From positions 992,001 to 1,056,000 of the forward strand of contig OZ251232.1 of NCBI GenBank assembly GCA_965240325.2: 64,000 nt of DNA. The letters are read 5' to 3'. The DNA is from Rebecca billardiae RCC1528. Taxonomy: Eukaryota > Protista > Haptophyta. Every line of letters starts with the position of its first letter. Position 1 is the stretch's first letter. The translations under genes were made by a program, and so were the position numbers. Under the pieces are notes generated by a model. It made no database searches and was not told the origin of the DNA. It saw nothing but the letters and a program-made list of their open reading frames with translations. Positions 22,843-35,200 of this stretch are shown here, one piece after another.

Positions 22843-24015
22843 TCAAAATGACGCTCGGGCTCCCGACGCAGGTGCGTGCACGGCCCTGAGACTGGCGACG
22901 GCAGTCGTCTGCTCGGCGCCATTATGACCTGCGCGGGTTGGCCCCGTCCGCAGCGCCGCGCTCGCGTTCGCCCCGTCCGCGTCGCCGCCGAGGCACTGTC
23001 CCCCTTCGCCCAGCTGCCAGAGGCCGTTCGCCTTGAGCGCCATCACCTTCTTGGACGCGCCCCAGATGCAGTTGGCGTGGAGCGCGACCGTGCCGGGCCG
23101 CAGCCGCACGCGCGTGCCGTCCCTCCACTTGGAGAGGGCCCGCCCGTTGGGAAACGCGTGCAGCGGCAGCGTCGCCCACGCGAGCCGCTCGGCCCCGCGC
23201 TTGCTGCGCGCGGAGAGCAGCCTGTTGAGCAGCGCCTGGTCGTGGCCGTCGCGCTCGCCCGCGCGCTCGCATGCGCCCACCCACGCGTCCAGCAGCCGAG
23301 CGTTCTGCTCGTCGGCGCGCATGTAGTACAGCCCCGTGTTCACCTCGTCCGCAGTGTCCTCGACGGTGAACGCCAGGCCGGGCGGCTCGCCCCGCGGCCC
23401 ACCGCCGCCGCCGCGGCCGCGCGGCACGCGTGGCGGTCCGAGCCGAGTGAGAAACGCGAACGGATCTGCGAGCAGGACGACGTCCAGGTCGCACCAGAGC
23501 ACGTGCAGGCCGGCGCGCAGCGCGGCGCGCACAAAGTGCGGCTTGAAGAGGAGCAGGTGCCGCCACTTGCGCCGCTCGGTGAAGTTCACCGCCGGCAGCA
23601 GCGCGCGGCCATCCACGACCTGCGCGCGCCTCGATCGCCCAAACTCGAGCGCCTGCTCGTCTGTCGCCGCGGCGGCGTAGTTGTCGATGCGCAGCCTGCG
23701 CAGCGTGCACAGCCAGTGCTGCAGAAAGAGCGTCGCGAAGTCGTAGCTGCGCCCCATGCTGAAGCTCCCGAGCACGAGCGTGCCCGTGCCGTGCGAGTAC
23801 TCGACCAGCTGAGCGCGTGCCGCCTCGTACGCGCTCGAGCGCGCGCTCGGCGGTGCACCGCGCTCGGCCGGGGGCTGCGCCGCCGGGAGCGGGTGTGCGG
23901 GCGTGCTGCGGTGCACCACCGCCGTCGAGCGCAGCAGGGAGAGCGCGAGCACGAAAAAGGCCACGGCGAGGAGCCATCCGAGCCGCGTCCGGAGGTGGCC
24001 GCCGCCATGGGGCAT
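22843..24015 (-). CDS. Nucleotide-diphospho-sugar transferase (GT77-like) type II membrane glycosyltransferase
   Basis: N-terminal TM segment WLLAVAFFVLALSLL; KPHFVRAALRAGLHVLWCDLDVV (DxD), VNTGLYYMR, HDQALLN, FPNG, HANC. Confidence 0.85.
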   Translation of the reverse strand: MPHGGGHLRTRLGWLLAVAFFVLALSLLRSTAVVHRSTPAHPLPAAQPPAERGAPPSARSSAYEAARAQLVEYSHGTGTLVLGSFSMGRSYDFATLFLQHWLCTLRRLRIDNYAAAATDEQALEFGRSRRAQVVDGRALLPAVNFTERRKWRHLLLFKPHFVRAALRAGLHVLWCDLDVVLLADPFAFLTRLGPPRVPRGRGGGGGPRGEPPGLAFTVEDTADEVNTGLYYMRADEQNARLLDAWVGACERAGERDGHDQALLNRLLSARSKRGAERLAWATLPLHAFPNGRALSKWRDGTRVRLRPGTVALHANCIWGASKKVMALKANGLWQLGEGGQCLGGDADGANASAALRTGPTRAGHNGAEQTTAVASLRAVHAPASGARASF

Positions 24016-24100
24016 CCATGCGCTGAGTGGCCGCCTCGGCCTGTCACTCTGCCGCAAGCCCGACGCGGGTCGCGGCACGTGATTGCGGGAGATCGGCACG

Positions 24101-26692
24101 ATGGCGGATGCGCACCCCACAGTCGTCGACGTGTCCGAGGAGTCGGTGCGTGCGGCGGAGCGCGCGGCGAACGAGGACTCCGTGTACGACGTCTCGCCGA
24201 CGTCGATCCTCTGCTACGCGCAGGGCTCGTTCGACCTCGTGCGAGCCGACCTGCGCCGCGCGCTGCCGGCGGCCGCCGCCGCGGCCGCGGAGCGCGTGCT
24301 GATCGACGCCGGCGTGGCCGACGCGTTTGCGATGCGGCGCGAGCTGGTGAACTTCAAGAAGATCTGCCTGAACCTGTTCCAGTCGAGCGTGCTGCACGAG
24401 AAGATCCTCAAGCAGCTCTGCACCTACTTCTGGTGCGACCTGCTCAGCCACGCGCGCGGCACGACCGACGCGCCCGGCCCGGAGCAGCGGCGCTACTCGG
24501 AGCTGTCGCTCGCGCTGATGCGCTTCCAGGGCTCGATGCGCGGCGTGCACGACGCGCGCGACCAGTGCAAGGCGATCTGCTCGCTCCCGCGCCACCCGGC
24601 CATGGCGTGGCCCAAGCGCGTGCTGCAGGGCGCGCTGCCGTCCGCGCTGCACGTCTGCTCGCTGCTCGGAAAGGTCCGGAACTTTCTCGAGCAGCGGGAC
24701 GCGCTGATGGCGACGTGGATGCGGCGCTTCGTGAAGTGGGAGGCGGCGCACGCGCGCAGCGTGCACGGGCCGCCCGCCGCCGCGCCCTCGGCCGAGCCGC
24801 CCTCGCAGCACGAGCCGGGCGCGGCGGCGGCCGCGCCGAGCACCGCGCCGCCGCCGGTGGAAGCGGCGCCGCCCGCCGCCGCCAGCCGCGGCCGCGCGCG
24901 CCGTGAGCCGCGCGCCGGCGCCGTGCCGCCGCCGCCGCGCGCGCTGGGCGAGGCCCTTGGCGCGCTCGAAGCGCGCGGCTGGACCGAGTCGGCGCGCGGC
25001 TTCGTCTCTCAGGTGCTGCTGGCGCGCGGCGCGCTCAAGGCGCTGCACATGCGCGAGGCGGTCGCTGAGTACGCCGCCTGCCTCGAGGGCATCCTGGCGC
25101 AGGCGGAGGGCGCCCTCGCCGCCCTCGAGGCGGCGCGCCCGCCGGACGCGGCGGGCTCCGTCGAGGCGGGCCGGCTGGAGATGTTCGTGCAGCAGCAGCT
25201 GTGCGCGCTGAGGGGCTGTATGCCCATCGCCGCGGACACGCTGCGCGTGCTCCGGCGCATCGAGGCGGTGCGCGCCGCGCGGCCGCCGCCGCCGGACGGC
25301 GGAGCGGCGACCGCCGGCACCACGGAAGCCGCCGCCGCGCCCGCCGCCGCGCCCGCCGGCGGCGCGGGCGCAGCCGACGGCGCCGCGGACGTCCGCCTCT
25401 TCGTCGCGGGCGACTCGGACATGCGCGGCCTCACCGCCATGTACTACGACCCGAGCGTGTGCCGCATGCCGGAGCTGCTCGCAGAGACACGGCCGCTGGT
25501 GGCGCGGTACCACGGCGCGATGCTGGGCGAGCTGCGCGCGCACGGCTGGCCCGCGCGGCTGCAGCGGCGCGCGCGCTCGGGCCGGCAGCACGAGCACGAG
25601 TGCGTGCGCTGCGCCGAGCTGCTCTCGGTGCTGTGGGTGTGCCGCGGCCTGTGCTTTGCGTGCGAGGACGCGGTGCGCGCGCACGGCTGCTGCCCGTACT
25701 GCGGCGCCGGCAGCGCCGCCAACGCCAATGCGCCCGCCAACGCCGCCGCCGACGCGCCCGGCGGCGCGCCCGCGGGCTCGCCCCGGCCAGGCGACGGCAC
25801 GGCGGCGGCGCGGCCGATGCGGGACCACATCGGCAAGCGCAGCGGGCGGCGGCGCGCGCCGTCCCTCTTCTGCAGCCACGCCGGCCGCTGCTTCGTGTGC
25901 GACGAGCATTCGTGCGCCGCGTGCCGCCTCGTCCGCGGGGACGGCGAGGACGTAGAGGCACTGGTCGGCACGCTCGCCTCCTCCGCTCCGCCGCCGGCGC
26001 GCGAGGTGCCGAGCGGCGGCGGTGCGGGCGGCGACGTGAGCGCGAACGCCGCTGCCGCCGGCAGCGGCGTGCTGGGCGAGGCAAGCGCTCCGGCCGGCGC
26101 ACCCGCGCCGAGGCTGCGCGCGCTGTGCCTCGACTTTGATCGCACACTCGCCTCCACACGCGGAGGCGGCTCGCCGCTCGCCGGCACGCACACGCTGGAC
26201 GCTGAGCTCGCGGCCGCGCTGCACCAGGCGCTCGCGCTCGGGGCAGCCGTGGCCGTCGTCACGCGCAACTCGAACACGCGCGACATCCGCGCCTTCCTGA
26301 GCGCGCGCGGCGTGCCCGCGAGCGTGCGCGTCGTGCACACGCCCAGGGGAGTGAGCAAGGCGGACGTGATGCGCGCGGAGGGCCTGCTCGGCGACTGGCC
26401 CCCCGCGCGCGCGCACGCGCACGCCGCCGGCGCGGCCGCGATTCGCGAGGGCGGCGGCGCGCTCGGAAGCGCGGCCGCGGTGCGAGACGGGGCGGCGGGC
26501 GCGTCGGGCGCGGCCGCCGACGTGTGTGCGCACGTGCGCTCCCCCGTGACCGTCTTCGTCGACGACTCGATCGCCGAGCACGACGAGCCGACGCTGAGCG
26601 CGGACGCGCGCGTGGTGCGCGTGCTCTTTGTGCGAGGCCCCGCGCCCGCGCCCGCGCCGCCTGCGCCGCCGCCGCCAGGCGGAGCCGCATGA
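24101..26692 (+). CDS. Protein with Cys-rich region and C-terminal HAD-like phosphatase domain
   Basis: HAD motifs LCLDFDRTL (I), VVTRN (II), SKADV (III), VFVDD (IV); CxxC clusters upstream. Starts divergently, 86 bp from the GT77 start codon. Confidence 0.72.
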   Translation: MADAHPTVVDVSEESVRAAERAANEDSVYDVSPTSILCYAQGSFDLVRADLRRALPAAAAAAAERVLIDAGVADAFAMRRELVNFKKICLNLFQSSVLHEKILKQLCTYFWCDLLSHARGTTDAPGPEQRRYSELSLALMRFQGSMRGVHDARDQCKAICSLPRHPAMAWPKRVLQGALPSALHVCSLLGKVRNFLEQRDALMATWMRRFVKWEAAHARSVHGPPAAAPSAEPPSQHEPGAAAAAPSTAPPPVEAAPPAAASRGRARREPRAGAVPPPPRALGEALGALEARGWTESARGFVSQVLLARGALKALHMREAVAEYAACLEGILAQAEGALAALEAARPPDAAGSVEAGRLEMFVQQQLCALRGCMPIAADTLRVLRRIEAVRAARPPPPDGGAATAGTTEAAAAPAAAPAGGAGAADGAADVRLFVAGDSDMRGLTAMYYDPSVCRMPELLAETRPLVARYHGAMLGELRAHGWPARLQRRARSGRQHEHECVRCAELLSVLWVCRGLCFACEDAVRAHGCCPYCGAGSAANANAPANAAADAPGGAPAGSPRPGDGTAAARPMRDHIGKRSGRRRAPSLFCSHAGRCFVCDEHSCAACRLVRGDGEDVEALVGTLASSAPPPAREVPSGGGAGGDVSANAAAAGSGVLGEASAPAGAPAPRLRALCLDFDRTLASTRGGGSPLAGTHTLDAELAAALHQALALGAAVAVVTRNSNTRDIRAFLSARGVPASVRVVHTPRGVSKADVMRAEGLLGDWPPARAHAHAAGAAAIREGGGALGSAAAVRDGAAGASGAAADVCAHVRSPVTVFVDDSIAEHDEPTLSADARVVRVLFVRGPAPAPAPPAPPPPGGAA

Positions 26693-27202
26693 TGATGATG
26701 TGATCGACGATATGCGACGATCGACTAGCAGCAGCAGCATCAATCGTAGTCATCAGCATCAGCAGTGCCAGTCTTAGCTTATTAGCATCGTCGTCATTCA
26801 ATCGCCGTCGCGCGTAGACGATCGATAGTGACGATAGTCGACCGCCCGTCGTCGCGCGTGCGCTGCGTCGACCGCCGTCGACGGACTCACTCGACGCGCG
26901 TCGTCATGTCTGACTCATGACGACTCGCGTCGTCGTCAGCATGCATGATATGGCGTGTACGTACTAGTCATCGACTCGGTCTCGGACTCGGTGTCGTCGT
27001 CGTCATGCGCGCAGTATATGCGCATCGTCGTCATCCGATCGTCATCGTATTCGTCATCAATCAGCAGACTGCTACGACGACTACGTACGCGCAACTGCTG
27101 ATGCTGCGTGCGCATGACAGCTGCGCGCTGCCAGGGTACTAACTACGCGACGAGCGGCCTGCAAGCTGAGACTATGAACTCGCGAACGTCAACCGTTACC
27201 GC

Positions 27203-27734
27203 TAGTGGGGTCCGAGCTCCGACCGTTACACTCCCGAGTGACACGATCTCCCGAAATCTCGAAATATGAAATGTCTCCTCGGTTCCTAACGGTTTGCTGA
27301 TGAGTCCGTTTAAGTTCGTTTTGGCTTAATTCCAGGGTGTAGAATCCGCCTGTGCCAATTTCAGACTGCCAAAATGTGACGATCTAGACGGTGCGATTCT
27401 GGTGCAAATCGCGAGATCACCTTGGACTGGAGATAGATCGTGTATCTCCGGCCCCTACTAATGTTGCCGAGATCGCGTCGAGATTGATGAGGTCGTATAT
27501 CTCCAGTATATGCATCATGATGCTGTGACGATACATATTTTTTTCGATCGCACGACGCAAAACTTGTAAGCGTGACCCCAGGTCATCAGACTGCTCAGTT
27601 CAGGCGAATATTGACGCATATATATATCCCGAACGAATATATAAGTTTGAGAGCCGCCTCAACTGCTCAAGACGACAGGAAGTTGGCGGACGATTTTGTG
27701 CCACGCACCCCCCAGTGGGGCCCTGACCCCTCTA
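27203..27734. mobile_element. Non-autonomous hAT-like element / MITE (532 bp)
   Basis: Short TIR TAG(T/A)GGGGTC, perfect 8-bp target duplication GTTACCGC (27195-27202 and 27735-27742), and lower GC than the flanks. Confidence 0.8.
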
Positions 27735-27875
27735 GTTACCGCGCGTCGTAGTGTTTACTGATGCCGATGCGACTCTGCTCACACAGATGATGAATAATCG
27801 GGCGTCGATTCATATATCCGATCGTCAGATGACGAAGCGGATGCCGAGCGTGATGCCGATGATAGGATGGCCACG

Positions 27876-29568
27876 TCACGCGCGCTCGACCGCCGCAAAG
27901 CGCGAGGGCAGCCCTCGGTTCTCGCGCGCCGTGCGCCGCACCTGCGGCGGCACGGCGCCCTGCACGTCGGGCGGCAGCGGGCGCTTGCGCCCGGCCGTTG
28001 GCGCGCCGTCCGCGCTGTCTGCGGGCGCTGCCTCCGGCCGCGCGGCCGCCGGGGCGTGGCTGTCGCCCAGCCCGGGCCGCGCCTCGGCGGGCGCGGCGGC
28101 GGGCGGCGGCGCCTGCTGCTGCGCCTGCTGCTGCGCCTGCTGCGCCTGCTCCGCTGGGTGCTGCGCCTCCGCGGGCGCGTGCTGCGCCCGCTGCTGCTCC
28201 TCGAACGCGCGCGCGCGCCGGCCACCCTTGGTGCGCGCGGGCCCATCGTACAGGTGGGCCGCGCTCTGGCGCTCTTTCTTCAGCCGGAGCTCGGTCGGCG
28301 TGGGCGTGGGCAGCGGGCGCTTGCGCGAGGCGGCGGCGGCGGCGGCGGCGGCGGCGCCGCGCGCGCCGCGGCTGCTGCCCGAGTCGGCGCCGCTGCTGCC
28401 GCCGCCGAGCGCGCGGCGCGGCGCGGCGGGCGGGCGCGCGGCGGCGCGCGGCGGCGCGGCGGGTGCGCGGCCGCGCGCGCTGCCGCCGCCGCCGCTGCGG
28501 CGCGCCGCCTTGCGAGGCATCTGCACCGCGAGCGCCCGCTCGACCGCGGCCGTGACAGCCGGCTCCGTGGCGAGCTGCTGCTTCAGATGCGCGAGGAACG
28601 GCGCTGAGAACATGCGCAGCAGCGGCAGGCGGTCGGGTACGCGCGCCGCCGCCGCGCGCTCCGGCGGCGGCGGCGCCGAAGCGGCGGCGCCGCTGCGGGC
28701 GGCGGCCGCGGCGGCGCCGCCGCGCACGCCGCCGCCGCCGCCTCGCGTCGACGCGCCCGCGGCGGCGCGCGGGCGCGGCGCGGCCGCCGCGAGCGCCTGC
28801 GCGCGCGAGGCGGTGCGGGCGGAGGTGCGGCTGCCGCGGCTGCGCGCCGTGGCCGCCGCGCCCTCGTCCGCCACCGCGGGCGCCGCCGCAGCGGGCGCCG
28901 CCGCGGCGGGCGCGTCCGCCGCGGGCGCGTCCGCCGCCGCGCCGCCCTCGCCGCCGTCCGCGCCGCCGTCCCCCTCGCCCTCCGCCTCCATCGGGCCTGC
29001 GCCGCGCGCGCCGCCGAGCACGGTCGTGCCGGCCAGCCCAGGCGAGCCGGAGAGCGGGAGGAGTCCCTGGGGGCCCTCTTCCTCTGTGCACAGGAGGAGC
29101 GCGGTCGCAGGGGACACCGAGCCCGCGTGCGCCGCGTGCGCCGCGTTGGGAAGCGGCGGCGCGGACGCCGCGCCGTCGTCCGCGCGCTCCGCCGACGCTT
29201 CGGCCGCGCCGCCGCCGCCGGCCGCGGCCTCGGAGGCCGCGGAGCCCTCGAGCCACTCGCGCGCGCCGTCGTGCAGCTCGCGCAGTGTGAGCAGCACCGG
29301 CGTGTCTGTGAGCAGGCGCTCGCCCGCCTCGAGCGCGCCCAGCACGTCGTCGAGCGACGGCTGGCCCCGCTGCACGAGGCGCAGCGCCGAGCGCTTGAAC
29401 GCGTGCGCCGCGCTGGCGAGCGAGGCGAGCTCGTGCAGCAGCGAGACGCGCGCGGCGCGCGCGGCGTCGGAGCGCGCGCCCGCGAGGAAGCGCTCCGCGT
29501 CCGCGGCGGCGGAGGGCGGCGGCGGCTGCGCGTGCGGCGGCGCCAGCCCCGGCTCGCTGAACGGGTCG

Positions 29569-29604
<36 letters not shown>

Positions 29605-30561
29605 ATCGCGTCCAGAAGCAGCGCCTCCGCCTGCGCACCCGCGCCGGGCAGGGCGCGGGGCGGGCAGGGCGCAAAGCGCGCGGGCGCGCGCGCGGGGCGT
29701 GGGCGCACGCGCGCGGCGGCGACGGTCGCGGTGAGCGACGCTTGCCCGCGGCGTGTCCCCGCGTGTGCCGGCCGGCGGGCGCTCCGTTGGTGGCGCGCGC
29801 GCAGCGCGGTGCGCGCGCGGCGCGCCGCCCATCGGGGCAGCGAGGGAGCGCGCGGCGCGTGCGGCAGCGCACCTCGGCAAGCAGCGGCTTGGACGAGTGC
29901 GCGCCCGGCGCCGCATATGGCTCGGCGCCCAGCGCGCCCTGCTGCCGCCGCCGCGAGCTCAGCGCCGCGTGGTGGCACAGCCGCGCCGCGCTGAGCTCCC
30001 ACCGGCTGAGGCGCGACAGCCCGCGCCGCACCGCGCCGCCGGCCGGCAGCTCGAGCGGCAGCGACTCCGCCGCGTCCGAGAGCTCGATCAGCGCGACCGG
30101 CGGCAGCGGCCTCTGCGCGCACACGCACGCGCGGCCGCGCGCGCGCGCGGCAGGGGCGGGCCGGGCAGGAGCGCGCGCGCGCGCGTGAGCTCAGCGACGG
30201 CCGCGCGCGCGCACGCCCGAGGTGGCGCGGCGCGGCGCGCGGCGCAGCGGGGGGCGGTTGTCGCGCCCGGCCCGCGCTCACACAGCCGAACACGCACGCA
30301 CACGCGCGCCCACGCGCACACGCGCGCCCACGCGCACCCGCGCGCACACACGCACCGCGCGCACCTGCATGGCGGCCATCCTCGCCTCCAACTCGTCCGC
30401 GCGGCCGAGCGCGGCCCGGCACGCGCCGAGCGCGCGCACGCTCCACGCGAGTTGTGTGCCGAGCCGCGCGCCAAGGGCAGCGAGCTGAGCGCTGTCGAGC
30501 TGTTGCGCAGGGCCGGCCTCCGCCTCCGCCTCCGCGTCCGGCTGCGGCTCGGCGGCGGTCT

Positions 30562-30592
<31 letters not shown>

Positions 30593-31713
30593 CGGCGGCG
30601 GCGGCGGCGTGGGCGAGGCCGGCTGCTCGCGTCCGTCCAGCAGCAGCAGCAGCGGCGCGCCGTGCGGAGCTGAAGCCGTGCGAGCGACTGCCGCCTTGGT
30701 GTCCTCCGCCTCCGCCTCCGCCGCCTCCGCCTCCGCCGCCTCCGCCGCCTCCGGCTTGGCGGCGGCGGTGGGCGCAGGCGTGGGCGTTGCGGCTGGCAGC
30801 GGCGGCGCTCGCGGCAGCCCAGCCAACTCGCCAGGCTGCGCCGCCGCCGCCGCGGCCGCCGCGACCGCCGCCGCGTCGCGTGCAAACTGCCGGAGCAGCG
30901 GGTGGCACGCCGCGAGCGCGGCGCGGACGGCGGTGGCGCTGGGCTTGGCGCGGCGCGGCGGCGCGCGCGGCGCGGCGTGCCACGAGCCCGCGTGCACGAG
31001 CGTGGGAGGCTGCGTCTCCACGGCGAGCAGCTGCGCGAGCACTTCCGACACGGGCGCTGTCGGCACGGGCGGCGGCGGCGGCGCTGCGGCGGGCGGCGCG
31101 GCGGCGGGCGCGGGCGAGGCTGGCGCGTGTGCGGGCGCGGCTGCAACGGCGCCGCCGCCCGCGTGCAGAGCGACGGAGGCGGCGGGCTCGCTGTCCGCCA
31201 CCGCCGGCGGCGCCACGGCGGGCGGCGCGCCCTCCGCCGCCGCGCTCGCCACGGGTGCCGCGCCCGCAGCTGCGCCCTCGGCGCCCACCGCCGCGGCTGG
31301 CTCGGCCGCGGCGGCGGCGGGCGCGCACGCGGCGGGCGCGCGCGCTGAGGGCAGCGCGGCGGCGGGAGCGGCGCTGGTCGGCGCGGCTGCCGCTTCGTGC
31401 AGCGCCAGCGGCGGCGCCTCTGCCTGCGCCGCCTGCGTCGGCTGTGCCGGCTGCGCCTCCTCCTCCTCCTCCTCCTCGTCCTCCACCGCGAGTGCGCTCC
31501 CCGGCGGCGGCTCGAGCGGCACCTTGCAGCGCGCCCACGCGTGGGCCAGCATGCCCACGTGCAGCGCAGGCGTGCAGCGCAGCAGCTGCGTGCTCGCCAG
31601 CGCCTCCTCGAGCTGCGCCGGCCGCACGGCGGCGAAGGCGCTCGGCGGCCCGCCGCCGCCGCCCTCGTGCTCGGCGGCCGGCGCGCCGGGCATCGCCGCG
31701 CCGCGCTTGACGT

Positions 31714-31752
<39 letters not shown>

Positions 31753-32228
31753 GCAGCAGCGAGCCGGCGGTGCGCGCGACCCACGCGTCCGCGGACGCGA
31801 CCGCGTGGGCGAGCGCCTTCGCCTCCGGCACGGTGCACGGCAGCGTCTCCACCTCCGCCAGCAGCGCGCGCGCCTCGTGCAGCGGCGCGCAGCGCGCCTC
31901 GAGCTTGGGCCGCGCCGCGCGCCGCCACTCGGGCGGGTACGGCACGCCGCGCGCCGCCGCGCACGCCTCACACTCGTAGCTCTCGAGACGCGAGGCGCGC
32001 GCGCCGGACAGCCCGACGCAGCGCGTGTGGAACCAGCGCGCGCACCGCTCGCACTCGACCATCGGCTGGCAGTCGTCCGGCATCGAGCACACGCAGTACA
32101 GCTCCTCGCCCGCGGTGATCGTCCAATCACGCGCGAGCTCGGCGAGCTCGCCCTCGGTGAAGGCGGGCAGGCCGGTGGTGGGCGCGCGCGCGGTGGCGGT
32201 GGCGCCGGCGCGCGAGCGGCCGGCGCGC

Positions 32229-32268
<40 letters not shown>

Positions 32269-35200
32269 GCGCGCCCGCCGCCGCGCCCGCCGCCTCCGAG
32301 CCCGCGTCGTCGTCGTTGTCGTCCGCGCCCGAGGCGGACGCGGCGACTGAGCCGGCGCGGCTCGCGCCGCCCGCGCGCGGCCTGGGCGCGGCGGCCGCCG
32401 GGTGCGCGGCGAGCACCGGCGGGGCGAAGAGCGCGCCAAAGCGGCGGCGCCACGCCGTGCCCGCCGCCACCACCGCCATCACCTCCGCCGACTCGGAGGC
32501 GAGCACGCCGAGCCGCTGCGCCTCGCGCGCCGCCTTCTCAAATCGAGACAGCTCGGGCCGCGCGCCCGGCCGCTCTGTGCGCGCGCGCGAGAGCAGCGCG
32601 CTCGCGGACTGGCGCCAGCCCGCGCCCTCGCTCAGCTGCGCGTCGATCCACGAGATCTCCTCGAGATCGGCGTGCAGCTTGAGCCCCTCGGCGCGCAACG
32701 CCTCGAGCTGCGCGGCGGGCAGCTGCGTGTCCAGCGCCTCGAAGACCGTCTTGCGCCACGCTTCAATGTCGGCCACGCGCGCGGAGAGGCGCGCCCACTG
32801 GCGCGAGGCGGTGGCGAGCACGTGCTGCGCGGAGGGCAGCGCGCCGCCGATCCCGCCGCCGCCGCCGCCCGCCTCGGCCGCCATCACCGCCGCCGCCTCC
32901 TCCGCGAACTGCTCCGCCTCGCTCGCGGGCGCGGACGCGCGCGCGGCGGACGCGCGCGCCGTGCGGCGCGTGGGCGGCCCCTTGGCGAGCGCGGCGAGCT
33001 TGGCGGGGAGGTTGATGGCCTGCCCCGCCTCGACGAGCGCGAGCAGCTCGGACGGCTTGGCGAGCCCGGCGCGCGGCGACGGCGCGCCGCCGCCGCCGCT
33101 CGCCGGCGCCGGCGCGGGCGCGCCGGCCGGAGCCGCCGCGCCCGCGCCCGCGTCCTCGTCGCCTGCCGGTCCGAGCGCGCGCACGGCCTTGCGCGCCCAG
33201 ATGGCGACCTCGAGGAACATGGCGCACGGGATCTGCACGGGGATGGTCTGCCTGCGCGCGCGCGGGCGCGCGCGCGGGCGGCGTGCGCGGCGGCGCGGAG
33301 GGCGCGCCGCGGGCGAGGGGGCGGTCGAGTTGAGGCCGCGCGCCGCCCCGGCGCCGCGCGCCGAGCCGCCGCCGCCGCGTCGTGCGCCGCCGCCCCGCGC
33401 AGAGGCACACACGCGCACACACGCGCACGCGCGCGCACGGCGTGCCGTCCGCGCGCGCGCCTGTGCTTGAGCAACGCCTCGAGCTCAGCGGGCGGCAGGT
33501 CCTCCGCGAGCGCCGTGCGCAGCTGCGCCTCGCACGCGTCCGCCTCGCCAATCACGCGGAGCAGCTCCACCTGGGGGCGGGGGGCGAGGCGGGTGCGGAG
33601 CGGGGGAGCGGGCGGCGCGCGTCTCGGCGCACGGCACGCGCGCGCAGCAGCAGCACGCGCGCGCGCGCGCGCGGACGCGCCAGCGCGCGGCTCCTCCGCG
33701 CCGGCGGCGGGGCAGGGCGGCTTGCGGCAGACGCCGACCACGCCGCGCTTCGCTTCGCTGCAAACGGAAGGGCCCCCCGCGTGGGAGAGAGAGGGGGGTC
33801 AGGGAGCGGGCGGGCGCGTGCGCTCACCTGCTGGTCCATTACAAAGTGCATGCCCTCCGCGCCCTCGGCGAGCGCCCGGAGGGTTGAGAGCTCAGGCAGA
33901 GGGCCCGTCGCGTGCCGCGTCGCGTGCGGCCGCACCGCGCGCGCGCGCTCCACCCAGTCGCGCGCGTCCGCCACCGCGTCAAGCAGCGCGCGCGCGCCGG
34001 GCACGTCCACAGCCAAGCCCTCCAGCTCGCGGGCGAGGTCGACGGCGACGCGCATGCGCGGCTTGTGCAGGGGCGGCAGCGAGCGCGCGCTGCCGAGTGA
34101 CAGCTCGTCGATCCGCGCGCGCAGCGCCTCGCCGGCCGCCTCGCGCTGCTGGCACTCCTTGAGCATGGCCGCCGCCGAGCGCACGAGCTCTGAGCGCTGC
34201 GCCGCGTCGCGCACGGCGCCGAACGCCTCGGCGTCCGCGCCGCCCGGCCCGCCGAGCACGCCGCCGCCGCCGCCAGCGGCGGCGGCGGCGGCGGCCGCGC
34301 GCGCGGGCGCGCGCCGCGCCGCCGCCTCGAGCTCAGCCAGGACCTGCGCGCCGTGCACGTTCAGCTCGGCCAGCGCGCGCAGCGTGGGCGGGCGCGAGGC
34401 GCTCGCCTCCGCGCCGCGCAGCCACGCGTGCGCGCGCACGAGCAGCGCGAGCACCGGGTACTCAGCGGTGCCGCGCACGCGCAGGTCTGCACCCTCCGCC
34501 TCGAGCGCGCGCAGCGTCTCGGCGCACTCCGCAGAGCTGTCCGCGCCGCGCATCGCCCGGCGCGCGCGCTCGGCCCACGAGCGCAGCGCGGCCGCGCGCT
34601 CCTCGAGCGCCGCGCACTCGCGCAGCGGCAGGCCCAACTCCTCCGCCTGCGCGAGGAGCGTCTCGATCTGAGCGAGTCGGGACGCCTCCTCGCCGCCCTC
34701 CGCCGCCGCCTCCGCCGCGTCGAAGGCGGCGGCCGGCGCGGCAGCGAGTGCCGCGCCGTCCGCCGCGGCCGCGCCCTCGCCGTCGGCGCCGTCGGCGGGC
34801 GCGGAGGCGGCGGAGGCCGCGGGCGCGTGCGCGGCCGCGGGCGCGAGGAAGGGCCGCGCACGCTGCACCCACGCGTGCGCCGCCGACACCTGCGCGCGCG
34901 GTGGCGTGCGCGCGCGCGCGCGCGCGCGCGCACGGCGCGTCAGCACCGCCATGCCGCCGCGTGCGCGCGCAGGGCGCAGCTGCCGGCACGGCCGCCGCGC
35001 CGCGCGCGCGCGCCGTGCGCACCCGCTGCGCCAGCCGCTCGACGTCCGGCAGCTCGATGCCGTGCGCAGCGAGCGCGCGGCCGTCCTCGACCATGGCGTC
35101 CGCCTCGGCGAGGGAGATGGTGGCCGGCGCGGTGCCGTCCTCCGCGCCCGCGGCCGTGGCGGCGGCCGCGCTCGCCGCCGGCGCGATCGTGGCCACCGCC

